Source of the DNA: Cyanobacteria bacterium P01_A01_bin.123
GTDB taxonomy: Bacteria > Cyanobacteriota > Cyanobacteriia > Phormidesmidales > Phormidesmidaceae
Length of the DNA stretch: 64,000 nucleotides
NCBI GenBank assembly: GCA_039815185.1
Contig: JBCBZT010000039.1
Coordinates: 8,876 to 72,875 of the forward strand
Reading direction: 5' to 3'
Below the pieces are notes generated by a model. That model was not told where the DNA came from, did no database searches, and saw only the letters and a program-made list of their open reading frames with translations. Shown one piece after another: positions 31,941 through 41,100 of this stretch (positions are counted from its first letter, which is position 1; each line of letters opens with the position of its first letter). The position numbers and the translations under genes are program-made.

Positions 31941-34885
31941 GTGATGACGATTCATCCCAAGGATCAATTCCAGAATCAGATCCAGAATTGAGCCAGTGGT
32001 CAACAGAAAATGATGCCGCTTTAACCGCCCTCATCCGAGCGATTCAGCTATCAGCGGGCCAATTTTCGCTGATTTTAGCCCACTGCAACTATGGCGATCT
32101 GCGCGATCGCGTCATCCAACATCTCAGTCAACGCAATGATCTGGGGCTGACTTTCTTGCACTTGCCCCCCGACGTCAGCTCCCTGTTAACCACGCTGAAA
32201 GAGGCCGACCCTGAAACCCTAGACGCCAAAGAAGGCTCAAATAATAACCCCAGCGCCTTGATGGTGCTGGGGTTAGAGGCGGTTGATCAGCTGCAAATCT
32301 TGCTCAGCACTGCCAATCGAGCCCGAGAAGAATTTCGTAAATCTTTTCCCTTTGCGATGGTGTTATGGGTCAACGACGCCATTTTAAGGCAATTGATTCG
32401 CCGGGCTCCTGATTTAGAAAACTGGGCAACGCCGATCCATTTCACAGTGACACCGCCGGCGTTGCTGAAGCTGCTACAACGCACCACCGACGATGTGTTT
32501 GCCAGAGTCATGGAAGCCGGGGCGGGGCGATTTGTCAATGCAGCCAATTTATACCCCGATGGCGAAGAGAAACAACGCATTAATGCCCTGGAAGCCGCCC
32601 TGCGCGAGCTAAAACTGCGCCAGATTCAACCGGAAGCTGCACTCCAGGCCAGCTTAGAATTCGTCCTGGGACAAGACACTTGGGATCAGCCCGAGACTGC
32701 TCTGGCACATTACGAACACAGCCTCGCAATTTGGCCCCCCGACCAAAATCGCTCTCGTCAAGGGTGTGTGCTGTTTTACCTAGGGCTGTGGTGGCGGGCT
32801 CAGGCGGTGCGTCACCGAGAGCAATATACCGAAGCTTGTGAACAATCGCTAGACTATTTTCGCCAAGCGATTGGCGTCTTTCGCAGCAGCGATCGATTTG
32901 ATTTAGAAGCCCGTTTTATCAACGCCTTAGCAGAAGTTTTGCAACGGCTGGAACGATGGGATGAACTGGCGGATGTCGCCAAGCGGGGCTTAACCCTGCA
33001 CCAACAAGGCGTATCCCTAGCATCTCTGGCAGCTGGACAGATGGATCAAAGCGTCCGCTTAGCCCATGACTACGGCATGATGGCCGATGTGGCGCTATCT
33101 CAGCAGCAGTGGTCTGTCGCTCAAACTCACGCCGAACAAGCCTTAGAGATCTTAAATCAAGTCAATCAGGCGATCGCCAATCATGCTGGACCTCGCCCCG
33201 ATGCTTCCCTCGATTGGGCTCGGGCCTACCACCGCCAACAGTATCACTTTAGTTTGGCCCGAGCGTTGTTGGGCATGGGCCAATATCACGGAGCCATTAC
33301 CCAGCTTGAAATCGCTCAACACCTAGGCAACCCCAAATATGATCCCCAGCTCTACATTCGCATTTCTCGCCAGCTCCAATTGCTCTACTACCGTCAAAAG
33401 CGCTATTTAGAAGCCTTTCAGATTCGCCAAATTTACCGCACCGTCGAACAGCAGTATGGTCTGCGAGCCTTTATCGGGGCCGGGCGGTTGCAGCCCCACC
33501 AAGTGGTGCAAAGTCCAGCCCTAGCTGTGCCCGATCAACCCGATGACATCCCCCCTGAAATCGTTGCCTCTGGGCGTCAACCCGACGTGGAACGGCTAGT
33601 ACATCGCATGTATCGACCTGACTATAAACTCACCGTAATCTACGGTCAGTCTGGGGTAGGCAAAAGTTCCATGATTGAAGCAGGGTTAATCCCGGCGTTG
33701 CAGCAACAGGTGATTGACAGCCGCGAAGTCGTACCCGTACTGCTGCAAATCTACGCCCATTGGGTGAAGCAGTTGGGGGCTCAGCTGGCGATCGCTTCCC
33801 ATCCTGACGACACCAACCCCGTAGATCTGCCGTCGTTAGACGCTCAAGCCACAATTTTGGCCCAACTACAAACCAATGCTGACCACAATCGATTAACCGT
33901 CCTGATTTTTGATCAGTTTGAGGATTTTTTTGCCACGACGGCCAGCCAAGCTTCTCATCGCCCGTTCTACAAGTTTTTAGGACAGTGCTTGGCCCTCCCT
34001 TACATCAAAGTGGTGCTGTCTTTACGTGAAGACTACATCCACCATCTGCTGGTATTCAATCGCCTAGTCAACCTAGATATTATCGACAATAACATCCTCG
34101 ATAAAGCCATCCTTTATCACATTGGCAACTTCACCAAATCCGATGCCCGCCAACTGATTCAGCAGTTGACCCACCAGGCCCAGTTCCATCTAGAACCTGC
34201 TTTGATCGATCGCCTAGTGTATGATTTGGCTGAGGCATCCGAAGAAGTCCGCCCAATTGAACTGCAGGTTTTGGGGAACCAACTCCAAACCGAAAACATC
34301 ACGACTCTAGCCCAGTACGAGACCTTTGCCAATGGAGATCGCAGCTCCAAAGAAGTCATCGTCGAACGCTACCTCGACGCAGTGATCAAAGACTGTGGTC
34401 CCGAAAATCGCCGCGCCGCTGAACTGGTGCTTTACTGGCTGACCGACGAAGCCGAGACCCGCCCCCTACGCACCAAAGCTGAATTGGCCACCAACTTAGA
34501 CTCTGAAGCCCATCGCCTCGATTTGGTACTCAAGATTCTGGTTCACTCCGGAATTGTGTTGCTATTGCCGGCTCACCCGATCGAACGCTATCAGTTGGTT
34601 CATGACTATCTGGTAACTCTAATTCGTCGCCAACGCGGGGCTAAGCTGCTCCAAGAAATTGCCATCCTGCGTCAGCAAGAAGCCGATAGCCGATCTGCAC
34701 TAATGCGTCAGATAAGAAATAGGCTAAGAATAACTATAGTAGGCAGTATACTAGCGCTTTTTCTTGGAGTTTTGGTTGTAGCACTAGCTCTAGAAATTCA
34801 ATCTCTGAGAAATGAAGTTCGGGCTGACAAAATAAGAATCAAGGAACTTGAAAGAATACTTGATCACCTCCAAAATGAGCAATAA
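31937..34885 (+). CDS. NLR-like protein B1: degenerate N-domain, TPR-like helices, nSTAND1-type NTPase, TM helix, short coiled coil, no WD40
   Basis: GQSGVGKSS, LIFDQFED, SLRED, PIELQ, YQLVHDYL; ATGA overlap with A1. Confidence 0.82.
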   Translation: MSDDDSSQGSIPESDPELSQWSTENDAALTALIRAIQLSAGQFSLILAHCNYGDLRDRVIQHLSQRNDLGLTFLHLPPDVSSLLTTLKEADPETLDAKEGSNNNPSALMVLGLEAVDQLQILLSTANRAREEFRKSFPFAMVLWVNDAILRQLIRRAPDLENWATPIHFTVTPPALLKLLQRTTDDVFARVMEAGAGRFVNAANLYPDGEEKQRINALEAALRELKLRQIQPEAALQASLEFVLGQDTWDQPETALAHYEHSLAIWPPDQNRSRQGCVLFYLGLWWRAQAVRHREQYTEACEQSLDYFRQAIGVFRSSDRFDLEARFINALAEVLQRLERWDELADVAKRGLTLHQQGVSLASLAAGQMDQSVRLAHDYGMMADVALSQQQWSVAQTHAEQALEILNQVNQAIANHAGPRPDASLDWARAYHRQQYHFSLARALLGMGQYHGAITQLEIAQHLGNPKYDPQLYIRISRQLQLLYYRQKRYLEAFQIRQIYRTVEQQYGLRAFIGAGRLQPHQVVQSPALAVPDQPDDIPPEIVASGRQPDVERLVHRMYRPDYKLTVIYGQSGVGKSSMIEAGLIPALQQQVIDSREVVPVLLQIYAHWVKQLGAQLAIASHPDDTNPVDLPSLDAQATILAQLQTNADHNRLTVLIFDQFEDFFATTASQASHRPFYKFLGQCLALPYIKVVLSLREDYIHHLLVFNRLVNLDIIDNNILDKAILYHIGNFTKSDARQLIQQLTHQAQFHLEPALIDRLVYDLAEASEEVRPIELQVLGNQLQTENITTLAQYETFANGDRSSKEVIVERYLDAVIKDCGPENRRAAELVLYWLTDEAETRPLRTKAELATNLDSEAHRLDLVLKILVHSGIVLLLPAHPIERYQLVHDYLVTLIRRQRGAKLLQEIAILRQQEADSRSALMRQIRNRLRITIVGSILALFLGVLVVALALEIQSLRNEVRADKIRIKELERILDHLQNEQ
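33050..34710 (+). repeat. ~1.65-kb diverged direct repeat, copy 1 (TPR-NTPase core of B1)
   Basis: Colinear with ~39282-40945; differences mostly at synonymous positions. Confidence 0.9.
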
Positions 34886-35242
34886 ATTCTTTAGACTAAT
34901 CCTATTGGTTTTCCATATATTTGAGCAGATAGATAATACTAAAAATAGTCTAACCGTATGTATCAAGTTAATTTGAGGCAGGGTTTCATCAAGGGCGGCG
35001 GGACTCGTTTCGTTAATGGTTGCAGTAACATCGAGGTCGTCGCGATGGGCACTGCCGAGGTTCAGAGTGTTGATTGGATTAGTTGCTAAGGCATCGGGGG
35101 CCGAAGTTGCGTCTTGGGTTTGGTTAACGTTGATGGCGGTGTTGGCGAGATTGGTTTGGCGCAGGTCGTTGGCCTCGGGTGTGGCGTAAGCGTAGGGTGA
35201 GATTGCAACATTGGCGACTAAGGCGAGTGTGAGGTGTTTCAT
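34790..35242 (-). CDS. Small putative secreted low-complexity protein (3' end uncertain)
   Basis: GGAG upstream of the ATG, signal-peptide-like MKHLTLALVANVAISPYAYA, T/N/D/A-rich body; the tail runs into AT-rich DNA and overlaps B1. Confidence 0.5.
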   Translation of the reverse strand: MKHLTLALVANVAISPYAYATPEANDLRQTNLANTAINVNQTQDATSAPDALATNPINTLNLGSAHRDDLDVTATINETSPAALDETLPQINLIHTVRLFLVLSICSNIWKTNRISLKNLLLILEVIKYSFKFLDSYFVSPNFISQRLNF

Positions 35243-35510
35243 GGTTTGGACTCCGGTAGGGCGGGTGAACTGTTCGCCTTGAGTCTTATGATCTAGCGGA
35301 TTGCTGAGAGGCCTGTGACTGGAAAATAAGTACGGCTTAATAGCAAGCTAAGAATGCCCTATGTGTTTAGGCACGAAGGGGAATACGGTATCGAGGCGAA
35401 ATTTGCAACCCATGATCAATTGTGCAGTTACATTTTTTGAGGCATCTGCTACTCTACGGCTTACTTGAGATAAAAATAAAGAGCAGATTGAAAAATCCTT
35501 GAGGTACATT

Positions 35511-36824
35511 TTGATAGACTTGCAGAGTTTCTTCTCCGCCAGCAATCCTAGCAAGGCTCTATCCATAAGCGACCCTGAGGATCAGATGTACTATATTGAT
35601 TTCTCCTCAGTGCGAGGCGGTCAGCTTACTGAGGCCTTAGAACGAACAATAGTAAGGCTTTCTCCAAATGAGCCGACCTGCCAACTATTCAGTGGCCATA
35701 TTGGTTGTGGTAAGTCAACAGAATTACTTCGTCTTAAGTCAAATTTAGAACTACAAGGGTTCTATGTCGTTTATTTTGAGTCCACTGATTATTTAGATAT
35801 GGCAGATGTCGATATCACAGATATTCTGCTAGCCATTATTCGCCGAGTTAGCGAAAGTTTGGAGGAAATAGGGATCAGACTCAGCTCCAATTATTTTAGT
35901 CACATTTTAAATGAAATATCAGATCTCCTGAATGTACCGATTTCATCGTCCAGCACAATGAATATTTCTACAGGAATCTCAGAGGTTGGAAGACGGGCTC
36001 GGGTTAGTCCAAAAATCCGGAGTCAATTAAGACAATATCTAGAACCCAGAACCAACAGTATTTTGGAAGCTATAAACGTTCTACTACGGTATGCCACTGA
36101 AAAGCTTATGCGGCAAGGTAAAAAGGGAATTGCTATTCTTATTGACAATTTAGACCGTATTGATTCTCGCTCAACCATTGCAGGACGTTCACAACCAGAA
36201 TATATTTTTATTGATCGGGGAGAGCAATTAAGAGCATTGGATTGCCACTTAGTATATACGGTACCAATATCTGTTATTTTCTCCAATGACGGTGAAACGT
36301 TGAAGAATCGATTGGGCGGCGGTATTCGTCCTAAAGTTCTACCAATGATTCCTGTAAAACATCGAGATGGTAGCCGTCATGAGGAGGGTATGTCTCTGTT
36401 AAGACAGATGGTTCTAGCACGAGCATTTCCGAGAGCTAACACAGCACAGCGTTTCAACTTAATCTATGAGATTTTTGATTCTCCTGAAACCTTAGACCGT
36501 CTTTGCTTCATAAGCGGCGGTCACGTGCGGAACTTGTTGGGACTACTCTATCGCTGCCTACAAGAAGAAGATCCCCCATTTTCGAGATCCCTACTAGAAA
36601 AGATGATTCGAGAGACACGAGATGTATTAGTACTGTCAATTTCTGAAAGAGAGTGGAAATTTTTAATAGAGGTAGTGAAGACCCAGATTGTAAGCAGCGA
36701 TAAAGATCTTTGGACTCTTCTAAGAAGTCTATTTCTATTTGAATATCGAGATCAGCAAGGGAGCTGGTTTGACATAAATCCAGTTCTAATAGAAACAGAG
36801 AAATTCAAGTCTTTTCAACTATAG
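35511..36824 (+). CDS. Stand-alone P-loop ATPase, paralog A2
   Basis: GHIGCGKST, ILIDNLD, SGGHVR, WFDINP; colinear with A1; GAGG 6 nt before the TTG at 35511. Confidence 0.88.
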   Translation: MIDLQSFFSASNPSKALSISDPEDQMYYIDFSSVRGGQLTEALERTIVRLSPNEPTCQLFSGHIGCGKSTELLRLKSNLELQGFYVVYFESTDYLDMADVDITDILLAIIRRVSESLEEIGIRLSSNYFSHILNEISDLLNVPISSSSTMNISTGISEVGRRARVSPKIRSQLRQYLEPRTNSILEAINVLLRYATEKLMRQGKKGIAILIDNLDRIDSRSTIAGRSQPEYIFIDRGEQLRALDCHLVYTVPISVIFSNDGETLKNRLGGGIRPKVLPMIPVKHRDGSRHEEGMSLLRQMVLARAFPRANTAQRFNLIYEIFDSPETLDRLCFISGGHVRNLLGLLYRCLQEEDPPFSRSLLEKMIRETRDVLVLSISEREWKFLIEVVKTQIVSSDKDLWTLLRSLFLFEYRDQQGSWFDINPVLIETEKFKSFQL

Positions 36825-36838
36825 ATGCGTTATTAAAA

Positions 36839-38188
36839 GTGGTTGACAATCGATTCCTTGAAGTCTTTAATCCTGTAAATGTCGTAAATGACGACCGCTA
36901 CTATGTTGACTTTTCTCTGGTGACAGGTGAAAGAGTTCTTGAACCAATGAGAAGAACCATTTGCCTTAGCAAGCCAGATAGCTTTACTAGCCAACTGATT
37001 ACAGGTTATGGTGGTTGCGGCAAATCAACAGAGTTAATAAATCTAAAGTCAAAACTCATCCGAGATGGGTTCTATGTTGTTTACTTTAGATTTGAGCGCC
37101 AGCTAAATGAAGTAGATGTAAGGCCAACTGATATTATTTTATTAAGCATTGCTTATCGAGTCATTCAAAGCTTAAAAAGAGACTTCGAAATTAACCTTGA
37201 ACCTAATTTTTTCATAAGAATATGTATCTGGTTAGCGGATGTTCTTTTGGGCATATTTCGTCTTCAGTTGAATTTTGAAGTGGAGCGGGAAATCCCAAAG
37301 GTGGGCAAAGTTAAGATTTCGATTAAACCAAAAGATACTACTAGGAATCTAAGTAAACTCGAATTTTGGGATCGCATTAAACCTTCCTCAAATAATATTT
37401 TAGACTTCGTCAATGAGATTCTTCATAGGGCTACTGGCAAGCTAAAACAGCTTAATAAGAAAGGCCTTGTTGTTATTGTAGACAACCTAGATCACCTGGA
37501 CAAATCGACAGATTTATCTCTACTAGAACAGGTATTTATTGACAGGAATGAACCTTTAAGCCAACTAAAATGCCATATTATTTATACACTCCCAATTTCA
37601 TTAATTTATTCCAAGAAATATGAATCTTTAAAGAGACTAGGTGGTGGCATTGATCCAAAGATATTAAGGATAGTTCCTGTGCAACTTCGCGACGGCAGCG
37701 AGAATTTAGAGGGAATTAAACTTCTTAAGCAAGTAATTCTTTCAAGAGCATTTCCACACGTTCATGTCGATAAACGCTATAGCCTTATTAGCCAACTATT
37801 TGACAATCCAGAAAGCCTAACCAGACTATGCAGAATAAGTGGTGGAAAGGTACAAAAACTTTTGGAAATTCTTAATAATTGTCTGCAAAGAGTATACCCA
37901 AAAATTCTCGTCAAAGGAGATATAGAATATGAAATAAAGCAATATTGCAATAGGCTCTTATTTAGAATGACAGAGGAAGAACGAAAGATAGTTTGTCAGA
38001 TACTACAGAACATTGATCCAGAGATTGCGTTAGAAAAGCGTGAACTTCTTTTGTATGGAATTCAAAAGGGACTTATCCTGGAATATAAAGATCGTTATAA
38101 GGGAAGTTGGTTTGGCCTTGACCCAACTTTTTTAGAGATCGAGGAGTTTCAAGCTATAGTCAAATCAAAAAACTCTAAACATGAGTAG
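36839..38188 (+). CDS. Stand-alone P-loop ATPase, divergent paralog A3
   Basis: GYGGCGKST, VIVDNLD, SGGKVQ, WFGLDP; colinear with A1/A2. Confidence 0.85.
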   Translation: MVDNRFLEVFNPVNVVNDDRYYVDFSLVTGERVLEPMRRTICLSKPDSFTSQLITGYGGCGKSTELINLKSKLIRDGFYVVYFRFERQLNEVDVRPTDIILLSIAYRVIQSLKRDFEINLEPNFFIRICIWLADVLLGIFRLQLNFEVEREIPKVGKVKISIKPKDTTRNLSKLEFWDRIKPSSNNILDFVNEILHRATGKLKQLNKKGLVVIVDNLDHLDKSTDLSLLEQVFIDRNEPLSQLKCHIIYTLPISLIYSKKYESLKRLGGGIDPKILRIVPVQLRDGSENLEGIKLLKQVILSRAFPHVHVDKRYSLISQLFDNPESLTRLCRISGGKVQKLLEILNNCLQRVYPKILVKGDIEYEIKQYCNRLLFRMTEEERKIVCQILQNIDPEIALEKRELLLYGIQKGLILEYKDRYKGSWFGLDPTFLEIEEFQAIVKSKNSKHE

Positions 38189-41100
38189 ATTGCAATCTAC
38201 AAGAGAAGATGACTCTCACAGCGTGTTTGACAAAAAAACGCTACATACCTTGATAAGGACAATTTCATTCTCAGTCAATCAGTTTTCTCTTATCATTTTA
38301 CGCTGCAATTATCAAGAACTGGGTGCAAAAATACTGGAGAGGCTGAAAGGAGTTGATGACCTTAGTATTCAGGAAATAATTCTGCCGGTATCCGCTACAA
38401 CTCTTTACACCACGATCCAGACAGAATTCAGGAAAATAGAATCACAGCCTTCTGCACTAATAATTTTAGGATTAGAAGGCATTAAATCATTAGATGACTT
38501 ATTAGTTTCTGCCAACCAAGTTAGGGACGAATTTCGAAAAAGCTTTTCTTGTCCTGTGATTTTATTATGTGACGATGAGGCTTTGCAGAAGTTAGTAAGG
38601 CTAGCTCCCGATTTCTATAATTGGGCAACACTTATACAAGTCAATATTTCCACGCCAATATTATACAAATTTATGCGGACAAAAGCGGATAATATTTTTG
38701 CTTTGGCTTCCGAAATAGACTTGAAAAACTTTCAGAATAGAAAGCTTATATATTCAGAAGAAATAGCACGGCAAAAGAAAGAAATTGAGTACGCCTATTC
38801 TGATTTTCAGGATCATTATGCGAATTCTAATCCAGAAATTGTAGCGATCCTAGACTTTACTTGCGGACTAGAACTTCATGCCAACAACTTAACTTCTGAT
38901 GCTCTAGAGAAATATTCAAACAGTTTGGACTTCTGGCGGGAAAAGGACTCAGAGAGATTAGGTGTCTTGCTATTCTATATGGGGATTTGCTACTACCATC
39001 ATGCTCTTAATCAGCATGAGATTACTAGATTCTCTGAGCAAGCAAAGAACTGCTTTAAAGGCTGTTTGACAACATTCGAACAGGGGAAGCATCTTGACCT
39101 AGTGTCAAAATACATCGGGCAAGTTGGCAAAGCCTTGGAGCGAATGGAGGCTTGGGAAGACCTGGAGATACTTGCATCAAGGGCATTGAGCCTCCATAGT
39201 ACTCTCTACAATTCAGCATATTTAGGAGGAGGTAGCGATTCCCTATCTAAAGTCGCACTATATCAAGCACAATGGGAAAATAGCATACGTCTGGCTCACG
39301 ATCACGGCATGTTAGCCAATGTGGCGCTGTCTCAGCAGCAGTGGTCTGTTGCTCAAACCCATGCTGAGCAGGCTCTAGATATTTTGAATCAGGTCAACCA
39401 AGCGGCCGCCCCTGGGATTCCGTCACAAACTAATGGATCTTTGAATTGGGATAGAGCTTACTACTGCCAGCAGTATCACTTTAGTTTAGCCCAGGCGCTG
39501 TCGGGCATGGGACAGTACCACGAGGCCATTACCCAACTTGAAATTGCTCAACACTTGGGTAATCTCGAATATGACCCCCAGCTCTACATCCGCATTTCTC
39601 GCCGGTTGCAGCTGCTCTACTATAGCCAAAAACGCTATTTAGAAGCCTTTCAAATGCGCCAAATCTACCGCACTGTCGAACAACAGTACGGTCTGCGAGC
39701 CTTTACTGGCGCTGGACGGTTGCGGCCTCGTAAAACGTTGCACAGTCCAGCGCTAGACGTCCCCGATCAACCCGATGACATTCCCCCCGAAATTGTTGCC
39801 TCTGGGCGTCAACCCGATGTGGAACGGTTGGTGCATCGCATGTATCGGCCCGACTATAAACTCACCGTGATCTATGGCCAGTCTGGGGTTGGTAAAAGCT
39901 CCATGATTGAAGCAGGGCTGATTCCGGCGTTGCAGCGCCAGGTGATTGACAGTCGTGAAGTCGTGCCTGTGCTCCAGCAAATTTATGCTCATTGGCTCAA
40001 GCAGTTGGAGGTTCAGCTGGTGCTCGCATCCCATCCTAAGGGTGCCAAACAGGCCTCAAAAACACCCTACCTAGACACGCCAGCGGCGATTTTGGCCCAA
40101 CTCCAAACCAATGCCGATCGCAATCAACTGACGGTCCTGATTTTTGACCAGTTTGAGGAATTTTTTGTCACGACAGCTAGCCAACCTCACCATCGCCAGT
40201 TTTACGAGTTCTTAGGACAGTGCTTGGCCTTACCCTATGTCAAAGTCATCCTGTCTTTGCGCGAAGACTATATTCACCACCTGCTGGCTTTCAATCGCCT
40301 TGTCAATCTAGACATTATCGACAACAACATTCTCGATAAGTCCATCCTCTACCGCATTGGCAACTTCACCAAGCCCGACGCCCGCCGGCTGATTCAGCAG
40401 TTGACCTACCAAGCGCAATTTCCTTTAGAACCTACTTTGGTAGAGCGTCTGGTGGAAGATTTGGCTGGAGGCTCTGAGGAAGTTCGCCCGATTGAGCTGC
40501 AAATGCTAGGGGAGCAGCTCCAAACCGAAAACATCACAACCTTAGCCCAGTACGAGACCTTTGCCAACCGCGAACGCAGTTCAAAAGAAGTGATTGTCGA
40601 TCGCTATCTCGACTCAGTCATCAAAGACTGTGGCCCCGAAAATCGTCGTGCTGCCGAGATGGTCCTCTACTGGCTCACCGACGAAGCCGAAACCCGTCCC
40701 CTGCGCACCAAAGCTGAACTGGCCACCAATTTAGGCTCTGAAGCCCATCGCCTCGATTTGGTACTCAAGATTTTGGTTCACTCCGGGATTGCCTTGCTGC
40801 TGCCCGCCCACCCGATCGAACGCTATCAGCTGGTTCACGACTATCTAGTAGCCCTGATTCGCCGCCAGCGTGGGGCCAAACTGCTCCAAGAAATTGCCAT
40901 ACTGCGCCGGCAAGAAGCGGATAACCGCTTTGCCCTAGTCCGTCAAAAACGTCTGCTGCGAAACGGCGGTATTGTGCTTGCCATCAGTTTGGGAGTGATG
41001 TCGATTCTAGGCACCTTAGCTAGCCGGATTCAAACCCAAAATCAGCTAATCCAGTTGAGATTAGATGCCAGTAATGCCCTCGAACTTTACGAAATTTCTC

